Source: Tubulanus polymorphus | Taxonomy: Eukaryota; Animalia; Nemertea | Length of the DNA: 64,000 nt | Direction: 5' to 3' | Assembly (NCBI RefSeq): GCF_964204645.1 | Contig: NC_134032.1 | Coordinates: 310,001 to 374,000 of the forward strand | Shown here: positions 35,465 through 50,400 of the stretch, in pieces | How the letters are laid out: every line of letters starts with the position of its first letter | Position numbering within the stretch: the first letter of the stretch is position 1 | Position numbers and translations under genes: made by a program | The notes under the pieces: model-generated | Seen by the model: only the letters and a program-made list of their open reading frames with translations | What the model was told of the DNA's origin: nothing | Database searches by the model: none

Positions 35465-38400
35465 GGTGTACAGGTGTGTCCCGAGTTCAAACCCGGTCTA
35501 TTGGTACTGATTCTGAGTGGTCCTGATGCTGAATAGAGGTTGTACAGGTGTGTCCCGGGTTCAAACCCGGTCTATTGGTACTGATTCTGAGTGGTCCTGA
35601 TGCTCAATAGAGGATGTACAGTGGTGTACCGACCGTACGGTGCTGCCGCTATGCTCATCGTTAGCGGGTTTTTCAAACACTAACTATAGTCAACTCTGGC
35701 AATCGACGTGTTCTCCAGTAATACTCCGTAACCCTTGATTGCCAGCGTTGACTAACGTTAGTGTATGAAAATCCCGCTAACAATGAGTATAGCGGCAGCA
35801 CCGTACGGTGAAATGTTGATATCTCAACAAAAGTAATTACTGACACTGATTCTGAGTGGTCCTGATGCTGAATAGAGGATGCACAGTGGTATCCCGGGTT
35901 CAATCCCGGTCTATTGGTACTGATTCTGAGTGGTCCTGATGCTGAATAGAGGTTGTACAGTGGTATCCCGGGTTCAATCCCGGTCTATTGGTACTGATTC
36001 TGGGTGGTTCTGATGCTGAATAGAGGATGCACAGTGGTATCCCGGGTTCAATCCCGGTCTATTGGTACTGATTCTGAGTGGTCCTGATGCTGAATAGAGG
36101 TTGTACAGTGGTATCCCGGGTTCAATCCCGGTCTATTGGTACTGATTCTGGGTGGTTCTGATGCTGAATAGAGGATGCACAGTGGTATCCCGGGTTCAAT
36201 CCCGGTCTATTGTTACTGATTCTGAGTGGTCCTGATGCTGAATAGAGGATGTACAGGGTTGTCCCGGGTTCAATCCCGGTCTATTGGTACTGATTCTGAG
36301 TGGTCCTGATGCTGAATAGAGGATGCACAGTGGTATCCCGGGTTCAATCCCGGTCTATTGGTACTGATTCTGGGTGGTTCTGATGCTGAATAGAGGATGC
36401 ACAGTGGTATCCCGGGTTCAATCCCGGTCTATTGGTACTGATTCTGAGTGGTCCTGATGCTCAATAGAGGATGCACAGTGGTATCCCGGGTTCAATCCCG
36501 GTCTATTGGTACTGATTCTGAGTGGTCCTGATGCTCAATAGAGGATGCACAGTGGTATCCCGGGTTCAATCCCGGTCTATTGTTACTGATTCTGAGTGGT
36601 CCTGATGCTGAATAGAGGTTGTACAGGTGTGTCCCGGGTTCAAACCCGGTCTATTGGTACTGATTCTGGGTGGTCCTGATGCTCAATAGAGGATGCACAG
36701 TGGCATCCCGGGTTCAATCCCGGTCTATTGGTACTGATTCTGAGTGGTCCTGATGCTCAATAGAGGATGCACAGTGGTATCCCGGGTTCAATCCCGGTCT
36801 ATTGTTACTGATTCTGAGTGGTCCTGATGCTGAATAGAGGTTGTACAGGTGTGTCCCGGGTTCAAACCCGGTCTATTGGTACTGATTCTGAGTGGTCCTG
36901 ATGCTCAATAGAGGATGTACAGTGGTGTACCGACCGTACGGTGCTGCCGCTATGCTCATCGTTAGCGGGTTTTTCAAACACTAACTATAGTCAACTCTGG
37001 CAATCGACGTGTTCTCCAGTAATACTCCGTAACCCTTGCTTGCCAGAGTTGACTAACGTTAGTGTATGAAAATCCCGCTAACAATGAGTATAGCGGCAGC
37101 ACCGTACGGTGAAATGTTGATATCTCAACAAAAGTAATTACTGACACTGATTCTGAGTGGTCCTGATGCTGAATAGAGGATGTACAGTGGTATCCCGGGT
37201 TCAAAACCGGTCTATTGGTACTGATTCTGGGTGGTCCTGATGCTGAATAGAGGATGTACAGTGGCGTACCGACCGTACGGTGCTGCCGCTATACTCATCG
37301 TTAGCGGGTTTTTCATACACTAACTTTAGTCAACTCTGGCAATCGACGTGCTCTCCAGTAATACTCCGTAACCCTTGCTTGCCAGAGTACACTTACGTTA
37401 GTGTATGAAAATCCCGCTAACTATGAGCATAGCGGCAGCACCGTACGGTGAAATGTTGATATCTCAACAAAAGTAATTACTGACACTGATTCTGAGTGGT
37501 CCTGATGCTCAATAGAGGATGTACAGGGTTGTCCCGGGTTCAAAACCGGTCTATTGGTACTGATTCAGAGTGTTCCTGATGCTCAATAGAGGATGTACAG
37601 GGTTGTCCCGGGTTCAAAACCGGTCTATTGGTACTGATTCAGAGTGTTCCTGATGCTCAATAGAGGATGTACAGGGTTGTCCCGGGTTCAAAACCGGTCT
37701 GTTGGTACTGATTCTGGGTGGTCCTGATGCTCAATAGAGGATATACAGGGTTTTCCCGGGTTCAAAACCGGTCTATTGGTACTGATTCAGAGTGTTCCTG
37801 ATGCTCAAAAGAGGATGTACAGGGTTGTCCCGGGTTCAAAACCGGTCTATTGGTACTGATTCTGAGTTGTCCTGATGCTCAATAGAGGATGCACAGTGGT
37901 ATCCCGGGTTCAATCCCGGTCTATTGGTACTGATTCAGTGTGTTCCTGATGCTGAATAGAGGATGTACGGTGGCGTACCGACCGTACGGTGCTGCCGCTA
38001 TACTCATCGTTAGCGGGTTTTTCATACACTAACTTTAGTCAACTCTGGCAATCGACGTGCTCTCCAGTAATACTCCGTAACCCTTGCTTGCCAGAGTACA
38101 CTTACGTTAGTGTATGAAAATCCCGCTAACTATGAGCATAGCGGCAGCACCGTACGGTGAAATGTTGATATCTCAACAAAAGTAATTACTGACACTGATT
38201 CTGAGTGGTCCTGATGCTGAATAGAGGATGTACAGGGTTGTCCCGGGTTCAATCCCGGTCTATTGGTACTGATTCTGAGTGGTCCTGATGCTCAATAGAG
38301 GATGCACAGGGTTGTCCCGGGTTCAATCCCGGTCTATTGGTACTGATTCTGAGTGGTCCTGATGCTGAATAGAGGATGCACAGTGATATCCCGGGTTCAA

Positions 38401-41400
38401 TCCCGGTCTATTGGTACTGATTCTGAGTGGTCCTGATGCTGAATAGAGGATGCACAGTGGTATCCCGGGTTCAATCCCGGTCTATTGTTACTGATTCTGA
38501 GTGGTCCTGATGCTGGATAGAGAATGTACAGGGTCGTCCCGGGTTCGATCCCTGTCTATTGGTACTGATTCTGAGTGGTCCTGATGCTCAATAGAGGATG
38601 CACAGTGGTATCCCGGGTTCAATCCCGGTCTATTGGTATTGATTCTGGGTGGTCCTGATGCTGAATAGAGGATGCACAGTGGTATCCCGGGTTCGATCCC
38701 GGTCTGTTGGTACTGATTCTGAGTGGTCCTGATGCTGGATAGAGAATGTACAGGGTCGTCCCGGGTTCGATCCCTGTCTATTGGTACTGATTCTGAGTGG
38801 TCCTGATGCTGAATAGAGGATGCACAGTGGTATCCCGGGTTCAAAACCGGTCTATTGTTACTGATTCTGAGTGGTCCTGATGCTAGATAGAGAATGTACA
38901 GGGTCGTCCCGGGTTCGATCCCTGTCTATTGGTACTGATTCTGAGTGGTCCTGATGCTGAATAGAGGATGTACAGTGGTATCCCGGGTTCAAAACCGGTC
39001 TATTGGTACTGATTCTGAGTGGTCCTGATGCTGAATAGAGGCTGTACAGTGGTATCCCGGGTTCAATCCCGGTCTATTGGTACTGATTCTGAGTGGTCCT
39101 GATGCTGAATAGAGGATGCACAGTGATATCCCGGGTTCAATCCCGGTCTATTGGTACTGATTCTGAGTGGTCCTGATGCTGAATAGAGGATGTACAGTGG
39201 CGTACCGACCGTACGGTGCTGCCGCTATACTCATCGTTAGCGGGTTTTTCATACACTAACTTTAGTCAACTCTGGCAATCGACGTGCTCTCCAGTAATAC
39301 TCCGTAACCCTTGCTTGCCAGAGTACACTTACGTTAGTGTATGAAAATCCCGCTAACTATGAGCATAGCGGCAGCACCGTACGGTGAAATGTTGATATCT
39401 CAACAAAAGTAATTACTGACACTGATTCTGAGTGGTCCTGATGCTCAATAGAGGATGTACAGGGTTGTCCCGGGTTCAATCCCGGTCTATTGGTACTGAT
39501 TCTGAGTGGTCCTGATGCTGAATAGAGGATGCACAGTGGTATCCCGGGTTCAAAACCGGTCTATTGTTACTGATTCTGAGTGGTCCTGATGCTGAATAGA
39601 GGATGCACAGTGGTATCCCGGGTTCAATTCCGGTCTATTGGTACTGATTCTAAGTGGTCCTGATGCTGAATAGAGGATGCACAGTGGTATCCCGGGTTCA
39701 ATCCCGGTCTATTGGTACTGATTCTGAGTGGTCCTGATGCTGAATAGAGGATGCACAGTGGTATCCCGGGTTCAATCCCGGTCTATTGGTACTGATTCTG
39801 AGTGTTCCTGATGCTGAATAGAGGATGTACAGTGGCGTACCGACCGTACGGTGCTGCCGCTATGCTCATCGTTAGCGGGTTTTTCATACACTAACTTTAG
39901 TCAACTCTGGCAATCGACGTGCTCTCCAGTAATACTCCGTAACCCTTGCTTGCCAGAGTTGACTAACGTTAGTGTATGAAAATCCCGCTAACAATGAGTA
40001 TAGCGGCAGCACCGTACGGTGAAATGTTGATATCTCAACAAAAGTAATTACTGACACTGATTCTGAGTGTTCCTGATGCTCAATAGAGGATGTACAGGGT
40101 TGTCCCGGGTTCAAAACCGGTCTATTGGTACTGATTCTGAGTGGTCCTGATGCTGAATAGAGGATGTACAGTGGTATCCCGGGTTCAAAACCGGTCTATT
40201 GGTACTGATTCTGGGTGGTCCTGATGCTCAATAGAGGATGTACAGTGGTATCCCGGGTTCAAAACCGGTCTATTGGTACTGATTCTGAGTGGTCCTGATG
40301 CTGAATAGAGGATGTACAGGGTTGTCCCGGCTTCAAAACCGGTCTATTGGTACTGATTCTGAGTGGTCCTGATGCTCAATAGAGGATGAACAGTGGTATC
40401 CAGGGTTCAAAACCGGTCTATTGGTACTGATTCTGAGTGGTCCTGATGCTGAATAGAGGATGCACAGTGGTATCCCGGGTTCAATCCCGGTCTATTGGTA
40501 CTGATTCTGAGTGTTCCTGATGCTGAATAGAGGATGTACAGTGGCGTACCGACCGTACGGTGCTGCCGCTATGCTCATCGTTAGCGGGTTTTTCATACAC
40601 TAACTTTAGTCAACTCTGGCAATCGACGTGCTCTCCAGTAATACTCCGTAACCCTTGCTTGCCAGAGTTGACTAACGTTAGTGTATGAAAATCCCGCTAA
40701 CAATGAGTATAGCGGCAGCACCGTACGGTGAAATGTTGATATCTCAACAAAAGTAATTACTGACACTGATTCTGAGTGTTCCTGATGCTCAATAGAGGAT
40801 GTACAGGGTTGTCCCGGGTTCAAAACCGGTCTATTGGTACTGATTCTGAGTGGTCCTGATGCTGAATAGAGGATGTACAGTGGTATCCCGGGTTCAAAAC
40901 CGGTCTATTGGTACTGATTCTGGGTGGTCCTGATGCTCAATAGAGGATGTACAGTGGTATCCCGGGTTCAAAACCGGTCTATTGGTACTGATTCTGAGTG
41001 GTCCTGATGCTGAATAGAGGATGTACAGGGTTGTCCCGGCTTCAAAACCGGTCTATTGGTACTGATTCTGAGTGGTCCTGATGCTCAATAGAGGATGAAC
41101 AGTGGTATCCAGGGTTCAAAACCGGTCTATTGGTACTGATTCTAAGTGGTCCTGATGCTGAATAGAGGATGTACAGGTGTTTCCCGGGTTCAAACCAGGT
41201 CTCTTGGTACTGATTCAGAGTGTTCCTGATGCTCAATAGAGGATGTACAGGGTTGTCCCGGGTTCAAAACCGGTCTATTGGTACTGATTCTGGGTGGTCC
41301 TGATGCTGAATAGAGGATGCACAGTGGTATCCCGGGTTCATTCCCGGTCTATTGGTACTGATTCTGGGTGGTCCTGATGCTCAATAGAGGATGCACAGTG

Positions 41401-44400
41401 GTATCCCGGGTTCATTCCCGGTCTATTGGTACTGATTCTAAGTGGTCCTGATGCTCAATAGAGGATGTACAGGGTTTTCCCGGGTTCAAAACCGGTCTAT
41501 TGGTACTGATTCAGAGTGTTCCTGATGCTCAATAGAGGATGTACAGGGTTTTCCCGGGTTCAAAACCGGTCTATTGGTACTGATTCTGAGTGGTCCTGAT
41601 GCTGAATAGAGGATGCACAGTGGTATCCCGGGTTCATTCCCGGTCTATTGGTACTGATTCTAAGTGGTCCTGATGCTCAATAGAGGATGTACAGGGTTTT
41701 CCCGGGTTCAAAACCGGTCTATTGGTACTGATTCTGAGTGGTCCTGATGCTCAATAGAGGATGTACAGTGGTATCCCGGGTTCAATCCCGGTCTATTGGT
41801 ACTGATTCTGAGTGGTCCTGATGCTGAATAGAGGATGTACAGTGGTATCCCGGGTTCAAACCCGGTCTATTGGTACTGATTCTGAGTGGTCCTGATGCTC
41901 AATAGAGGATGTACAGTGGCGTACCGACCGTACGGTGCTGCCGCTATACTCATCGTTAGCGGGTTTTTCATACACTAACTTTAGTCAACTCTGGCAATCG
42001 ACGTGCTCTCCAGTAATACTCCGTAACCCTTGCTTGCCAGAGTACACTTACGTTAGTGTATGAAAATCCCGCTAACTATGAGCATAGCGGCAGCACCGTA
42101 CGGTGAAATGTTGTTATCTCAACAAAAGTAATTACTGACACTGATTCTGAGTGGTCCTGATGCTCAATAGAGGATGTACAGGGTTGTCCCGGGTTCAAAA
42201 CCGGTCTATTGGTACTGATTCAGAGTGTTCCTGATGCTCAATAGAGGATGTACAGGGTTGTCCCGGGTTCAAAACCGGTCTATTGGTACTGATTCAGAGT
42301 GTTCCTGATGCTCAATAGAGGATGTACAGGGTTGTCCCGGGTTCAAAACCGGTCTGTTGGTACTGATTCTGGGTGGTCCTGATGCTCAATAGAGGATATA
42401 CAGGGTTTTCCCGGGTTCAAAACCGGTCTATTGGTACTGATTCAGAGTGTTCCTGATGCTCAATAGAGGATGTACAGGGTTGTCCCGGGTTCAAAACCGG
42501 TCTATTGTTACTGATTCTGAGTTGTCCTGATGCTCAATAGAGGATGCACAGTGGTATCCCGGGTTCAATCCCGGTCTGTTGGTACTGATTCTAAGTGGTC
42601 CTGATGCTGAATAGAGGATGCACAGTGGTATCCCGGTTTCAATCCCGGTCTATTGGTACTGATTCTGAGTGGTCCTGATGCTGAATAGAGGATGTACAGG
42701 TGTTTCCCGGGTTCAAACCCGGTCTATTGGTACTGATTCAGTGTGTTCCTGATGCTCAATAGAGGATGTACGGTGGCGTACCGACCGTACGGTGCTGCCG
42801 CTATACTCATCGTTAGCGGGTTTTTCATACACTAACTTTAGTCAACTCTGGCAATCGACGTGCTCTCCAGTAATACTCCGTAACCCTTGCTTGCCAGAGT
42901 ACACTTACGTTAGTGTATGAAAATCCCGCTAACTATGAGCATAGCGGCAGCACCGTACGGTGAAATGTTGATATCTCAACAAAAGTAATTACTGACACTG
43001 ATTCTGAGTGGTCCTGATGCTGAATAGAGGATGCACAGTGGTATCCCGGGTTCAATCCCGGTCTATTGGTATTGATTCTGGGTGGTCCTGATGCTGAATA
43101 GAGGATGCACAGTGGTATCCCGGGTTCAATCCCGGTCTATTGTTACTGATTCTAAGTGGTCCTGATGCTGAATAGAGGATGCACAGTGGTATCCCGGGTT
43201 CAAAACCGGTCTATTGGTACTGATTCTAAGTGGTCCTGATGCTGAATAGAGGATGCACAGTGGTATCCCGGGTTCAATCCCGGTCTATTGGTACTGATTC
43301 TGAGTGGTCCTGATGCTCAATAGAGGATGCACAGTGGTATCCCGGGTTCAATCCCGGTCTATTGTTACTGATTCTGAGTGGTCCTGATGCTGGATAGAGA
43401 ATGTACAGGGTCGTCCCGGGTTCGATCCCTGTCTATTGGTACTGATTCTGAGTGGTCCTGATGCTGAATAGAGGATGTACAGTGGTATCCCGGGTTCAAA
43501 ACCGGTCTATTGGTACTGATTCTGAGTGGTCCTGATGCTCAATAGAGGATGTACAGTGGTATCCCGGGTTCAATCCCGGTCTATTGGTACTGATTCTGAG
43601 TGGTCCTGATGCTGAATAGAGGATGTACAGTGGTATCCCGGGTTCAAACCCGGTCTATTGGTACTGATTCTGAGTGGTCCTGATGCTCAATAGAGGATGT
43701 ACAGTGGCGTACCGACCGTACGGTGCTGCCGCTATACTCATCGTTAGCGGGTTTTTCATACACTAACTTTAGTCAACTCTGGCAATCGACGTGCTCTCCA
43801 GTAATACTCCGTAACCCTTGCTTGCCAGAGTACACTTACGTTAGTGTATGAAAATCCCACTAACTATGAGCATAGCGGCAGCACCGTACGGTGAAATGTT
43901 GATATCTCAACAAAAGTCATTACTGACACTGATTCTGAGTGGTCCTGATGCTCAATAGAGGATGTACAGGGTTGTCCCGGGTTCAAAACCGGTCTATTGG
44001 TACTGATTCAGAGTGTTCCTGATGCTCAATAGAGGATGTACAGGGTTGTCCCGGGTTCAAAACCGGTCTATTGGTACTGATTCAGAGTGTTCCTGATGCT
44101 CAATAGAGGATGTACAGGGTTGTCCCGGGTTCAAAACCGGTCTGTTGGTACTGATTCTGGGTGGTCCTGATGCTCAATAGAGGATATACAGGGTTTTCCC
44201 GGGTTCAAAACCGGTCTATTGGTACTGATTCAGAGTGTTCCTGATGCTCAATAGAGGATGTACAGGGTTGTCCCGGGTTCAAAACCGGTCTATTGTTACT
44301 GATTCTGAGTTGTCCTGATGCTCAATAGAGGATGCACAGTGGTATCCCGGGTTCAATCCCGGTCTGTTGGTACTGATTCTAAGTGGTCCTGATGCTGAAT

Positions 44401-47400
44401 AGAGGATGTACAGGTGTTTCCCGGGTTCAAACCCGGTCTATTGGTACTGATTCAGTGTGTTCCTGATGCTCAATAGAGGATGTACGGTGGCGTACCGACC
44501 GTACGGTGCTGCCGCTATACTCATCGTTAGCGGGTTTTTCATACACTAACTTTAGTCAACTCTGGCAATCGACGTGCTCTCCAGTAATACTCCGTAACCC
44601 TTGCTTGCCAGAGTACACTTACGTTAGTGTATGAAAATCCCGCTAACTATGAGCATAGCGGCAGCACCGTACGGTGAAATGTTGATATCTCAACAAAAGT
44701 AATTACTGACACTGATTCTGAGTGGTCCTGATGCTGAATAGAGGATGCACAGTGGTATCCCGGGTTCAATCCCGGTCTATTGGTATTGATTCTGGGTGGT
44801 CCTGATGCTGAATAGAGGATGCACAGTGGTATCCCGGGTTCAATCCCGGTCTATTGTTACTGATTCTAAGTGGTCCTGATGCTGAATAGAGGATGCACAG
44901 TGGTATCCCGGGTTCAAAACCGGTCTATTGGTACTGATTCTAAGTGGTCCTGATGCTGAATAGAGGATGCACAGTGGTATCCCGGGTTCAATCCCGGTCT
45001 ATTGGTACTGATTCTGAGTGGTCCTGATGCTCAATAGAGGATGCACAGTGGTATCCCGGGTTCAATCCCGGTCTATTGGTATTGATTCTGGGTGGTCCTG
45101 ATGCTGAATAGAGGATGCACAGTGGTATCCCGGGTTCAATCCCGGTCTATTGTTACTGATTCTAAGTGGTCCTGATGCTGAATAGAGGATGCACAGTGGT
45201 ATCCCGGGTTCAAAACCGGTCTATTGGTACTGATTCTAAGTGGTCCTGATGCTGAATAGAGGATGCACAGTGGTATCCCGGGTTCAATCCCGGTCTATTG
45301 GTACTGATTCTGAGTGGTCCTGATGCTCAATAGAGGATGCACAGTGGTATCCCGGGTTCAATCCCGGTCTATTGTTACTGATTCTGAGTGGTCCTGATGC
45401 TGGATAGAGAATGTACAGGGTCGTCCCGGGTTCGATCCCTGTCTATTGGTACTGATTCTGAGTGGTCCTGATGCTGAATAGAGGATGTACAGTGGTATCC
45501 CGGGTTCAATCCCGGTCTATTGGTACTGATTCTGAGTGGTCCTGATGCTGAATAGAGGATGTACAGGGTTGTCCCGGGTTCAATCCCGGTCTATTGTTAC
45601 TGATTCTGAGTGTTCCTGATGCTCAATAGAGGATGTACAGGGTTGTCCCGGGTTCAATCCCGGTCTATTGGTACTGATTCTGAGTGGTCCTGATGCTGAA
45701 TAGAGGATGTACAGGGTTGTCCCGGGTTCAATCCCGGTCTATTGGTACTGATTCTGAGTGGTCCTGATGCTGAATAGAGGATGCACAGTGGTATCCCGGG
45801 TTCAATCCCGGTCTATTGGTACTGATTCTGAGTGGTCCTGATGCTGGATAGAGAATGTACAGGGTCGTCCCGGGTTCAAAACCGGTCTATTGGTACTGAT
45901 TCTGAGTGGTCCTGATGCTCAATAGAGGATGCACAGTGGTATCCCGGGTTCATTCCCGGTCTATTGGTACTGATTCTAAGTGGTCCTGATGCTCAATAGA
46001 GGATGTACAGGGTTTTCCCGGGTTCAAAACCGGTCTATTGGTACTGATTCTAAGTGGTCCTGATGCTGAATAGAGGATGCACAGTGGTATCCCGGGTTCA
46101 ATCCCGGTCTATTGGTACTGATTCTGAGTGGTCCTGATGCTCAATAGAGGATGTACAGTGGTATCCCGGGTTCAATCCCGGTCTATTGGTACTGATTCTG
46201 AGTGGTCCTGATGCTGAATAGAGGATGTACAGTGGTATCCCGGGTTCAAACCCGGTCTATTGGTACTGATTCTGAGTGGTCCTGATGCTCAATAGAGGAT
46301 GTACAGTGGCGTACCGACCGTACGGTGCTGCCGCTATACTCATCGTTAGCGGGTTTTTCATACACTAACTTTAGTCAACTCTGGCAATCGACGTGCTCTC
46401 CAGTAATACTCCGTAACCCTTGCTTGCCAGAGTACACTTACGTTAGTGTATGAAAATCCCGCTAACTATGAGCATAGCGGCAGCACCGTACGGTGAAATG
46501 TTGATATCTCAACAAAAGTAATTACTGACACTGATTCTGAGTGGTCCTGATGCTCAATAGAGGATGTACAGGGTTGTCCCGGGTTCAAAACCGGTCTATT
46601 GGTACTGATTCAGAGTGTTCCTGATGCTCAATAGAGGATGTACAGGGTTGTCCCGGGTTCAAAACCGGTCTATTGGTACTGATTCAGAGTGTTCCTGATG
46701 CTCAATAGAGGATGTACAGGGTTGTCCCGGGTTCAAAACCGGTCTGTTGGTACTGATTCTGGGTGGTCCTGATGCTCAATAGAGGATATACAGGGTTTTC
46801 CCGGGTTCAAAACCGGTCTATTGGTACTGATTCAGAGTGTTCCTGATGCTCAATAGAGGATGTACAGGGTTGTCCCGGGTTCAAAACCGGTCTATTGTTA
46901 CTGATTCTGAGTTGTCCTGATGCTCAATAGAGGATGCACAGTGGTATCCCGGGTTCAATCCCGGTCTGTTGGTACTGATTCTAAGTGGTCCTGATGCTGA
47001 ATAGAGGATGCACAGTGGTATCCCGGTTTCAATCCCGGTCTATTGGTACTGATTCTGAGTGGTCCTGATGCTGAATAGAGGATGTACAGGTGTTTCCCGG
47101 GTTCAAACCCGGTCTATTGGTACTGATTCAGTGTGTTCCTGATGCTCAATAGAGGATGTACGGTGGCGTACCGACCGTACGGTGCTGCCGCTATACTCAT
47201 CGTTAGCGGGTTTTTCATACACTAACTTTAGTCAACTCTGGCAATCGACGTGCTCTCCAGTAATACTCCGTAACCCTTGCTTGCCAGAGTACACTTACGT
47301 TAGTGTATGAAAATCCCGCTAACTATGAGCATAGCGGCAGCACCGTACGGTGAAATGTTGATATCTCAACAAAAGTAATTACTGACACTGATTCTGAGTG

Positions 47401-50400
47401 GTCCTGATGCTGAATAGAGGATGCACAGTGGTATCCCGGGTTCAATCCCGGTCTATTGGTATTGATTCTGGGTGGTCCTGATGCTGAATAGAGGATGCAC
47501 AGTGGTATCCCGGGTTCAATCCCGGTCTATTGTTACTGATTCTAAGTGGTCCTGATGCTGAATAGAGGATGCACAGTGGTATCCCGGGTTCAAAACCGGT
47601 CTATTGGTACTGATTCTAAGTGGTCCTGATGCTGAATAGAGGATGCACAGTGGTATCCCGGGTTCAATCCCGGTCTATTGGTACTGATTCTGAGTGGTCC
47701 TGATGCTCAATAGAGGATGCACAGTGGTATCCCGGGTTCAATCCCGGTCTATTGTTACTGATTCTGAGTGGTCCTGATGCTGGATAGAGAATGTACAGGG
47801 TCGTCCCGGGTTCGATCCCTGTCTATTGGTACTGATTCTGAGTGGTCCTGATGCTGAATAGAGGATGTACAGTGGTATCCCGGGTTCAAAACCGGTCTAT
47901 TGGTACTGATTCTGAGTGGTCCTGATGCTCAATAGAGGATGTACAGTGGTATCCCGGGTTCAATCCCGGTCTATTGGTACTGATTCTGAGTGGTCCTGAT
48001 GCTGAATAGAGGATGTACAGTGGTATCCCGGGTTCAAACCCGGTCTATTGGTACTGATTCTGAGTGGTCCTGATGCTCAATAGAGGATGTACAGTGGCGT
48101 ACCGACCGTACGGTGCTGCCGCTATACTCATCGTTAGCGGGTTTTTCATACACTAACTTTAGTCAACTCTGGCAATCGACGTGCTCTCCAGTAATACTCC
48201 GTAACCCTTGCTTGCCAGAGTACACTTACGTTAGTGTATGAAAATCCCACTAACTATGAGCATAGCGGCAGCACCGTACGGTGAAATGTTGATATCTCAA
48301 CAAAAGTAATTACTGACACTGATTCTGAGTGGTCCTGATGCTCAATAGAGGATGTACAGGGTTGTCCCGGGTTCAAAACCGGTCTATTGGTACTGATTCA
48401 GAGTGTTCCTGATGCTCAATAGAGGATGTACAGGGTTGTCCCGGGTTCAAAACCGGTCTATTGGTACTGATTCAGAGTGTTCCTGATGCTCAATAGAGGA
48501 TGTACAGGGTTGTCCCGGGTTCAAAACCGGTCTGTTGGTACTGATTCTGGGTGGTCCTGATGCTCAATAGAGGATATACAGGGTTTTCCCGGGTTCAAAA
48601 CCGGTCTATTGGTACTGATTCAGAGTGTTCCTGATGCTCAATAGAGGATGTACAGGGTTGTCCCGGGTTCAAAACCGGTCTATTGTTACTGATTCTGAGT
48701 TGTCCTGATGCTCAATAGAGGATGCACAGTGGTATCCCGGGTTCAATCCCGGTCTGTTGGTACTGATTCTAAGTGGTCCTGATGCTGAATAGAGGATGCA
48801 CAGTGGTATCCCGGTTTCAATCCCGGTCTATTGGTACTGATTCTGAGTGGTCCTGATGCTGAATAGAGGATGTACAGGTGTTTCCCGGGTTCAAACCCGG
48901 TCTATTGGTACTGATTCAGTGTGTTCCTGATGCTCAATAGAGGATGTACGGTGGCGTACCGACCGTACGGTGCTGCCGCTATACTCATCGTTAGCGGGTT
49001 TTTCATACACTAACTTTAGTCAACTCTGGCAATCGACGTGCTCTCCAGTAATACTCCGTAACCCTTGCTTGCCAGAGTACACTTACGTTAGTGTATGAAA
49101 ATCCCGCTAACTATGAGCATAGCGGCAGCACCGTACGGTGAAATGTTGATATCTCAACAAAAGTAATTACTGACACTGATTCTGAGTGGTCCTGATGCTG
49201 AATAGAGGATGCACAGTGGTATCCCGGGTTCAATCCCGGTCTATTGTTACTGATTCTAAGTGGTCCTGATGCTGAATAGAGGATGCACAGTGGTATCCCG
49301 GGTTCAAAACCGGTCTATTGGTACTGATTCTAAGTGGTCCTGATGCTGAATAGAGGATGCACAGTGGTATCCCGGGTTCAATCCCGGTCTATTGGTACTG
49401 ATTCTGAGTGGTCCTGATGCTCAATAGAGGATGCACAGTGGTATCCCGGGTTCAATCCCGGTCTATTGTTACTGATTCTGAGTGGTCCTGATGCTGGATA
49501 GAGAATGTACAGGGTCGTCCCGGGTTCGATCCCTGTCTATTGGTACTGATTCTGAGTGGTCCTGATGCTGAATAGAGGATGTACAGTGGTATCCCGGGTT
49601 CAATCCCGGTCTATTGGTACTGATTCTGAGTGGTCCTGATGCTGAATAGAGGATGTACAGGGTTGTCCCGGGTTCAATCCCGGTCTATTGTTACTGATTC
49701 TGAGTGTTCCTGATGCTCAATAGAGGATGTACAGGGTTGTCCCGGGTTCAATCCCGGTCTATTGGTACTGATTCTGAGTGGTCCTGATGCTGAATAGAGG
49801 ATGTACAGGGTTGTCCCGGGTTCAATCCCGGTCTATTGGTACTGATTCTGAGTGGTCCTGATGCTGAATAGAGGATGCACAGTGGTATCCCGGGTTCAAT
49901 CCCGGTCTATTGGTACTGATTCTGAGTGGTCCTGATGCTGGATAGAGAATGTACAGGGTCGTCCCGGGTTCAATCCCGGTCTATTGGTACTGATTCTGAG
50001 TGGTCCTGATGCTGAATAGAGGATGTACAGTGGTATCCCGGGTTCAATCCCGGTCTATTGGTACTGATTCTGAGTGGTCCTGATGCTGAATAGAGGATGT
50101 ACAGGGTTGTCCCGGGTTCAATCCCGGTCTATTGGTACTGATTCTGAGTGGTCCTGATGCTGAATAGAGGATGCACAGTGGTATCCAGGGTTCAAAACCG
50201 GTCTATTGGTACTGATTCTGAGTGGTCCTGATGCTCAATAGAGGATGCACAGTGGTATCCCGGGTTCAATCCCGGTCTATTGGTACTGATTCTGAGTGGT
50301 CCTGATGCTGGATAGAGAATGTACAGGGTCGTCCCGGGTTCAATCCCGGTCTATTGGTACTGATTCTGAGTGGTCCTGATGCTGAATAGAGGATGTACAG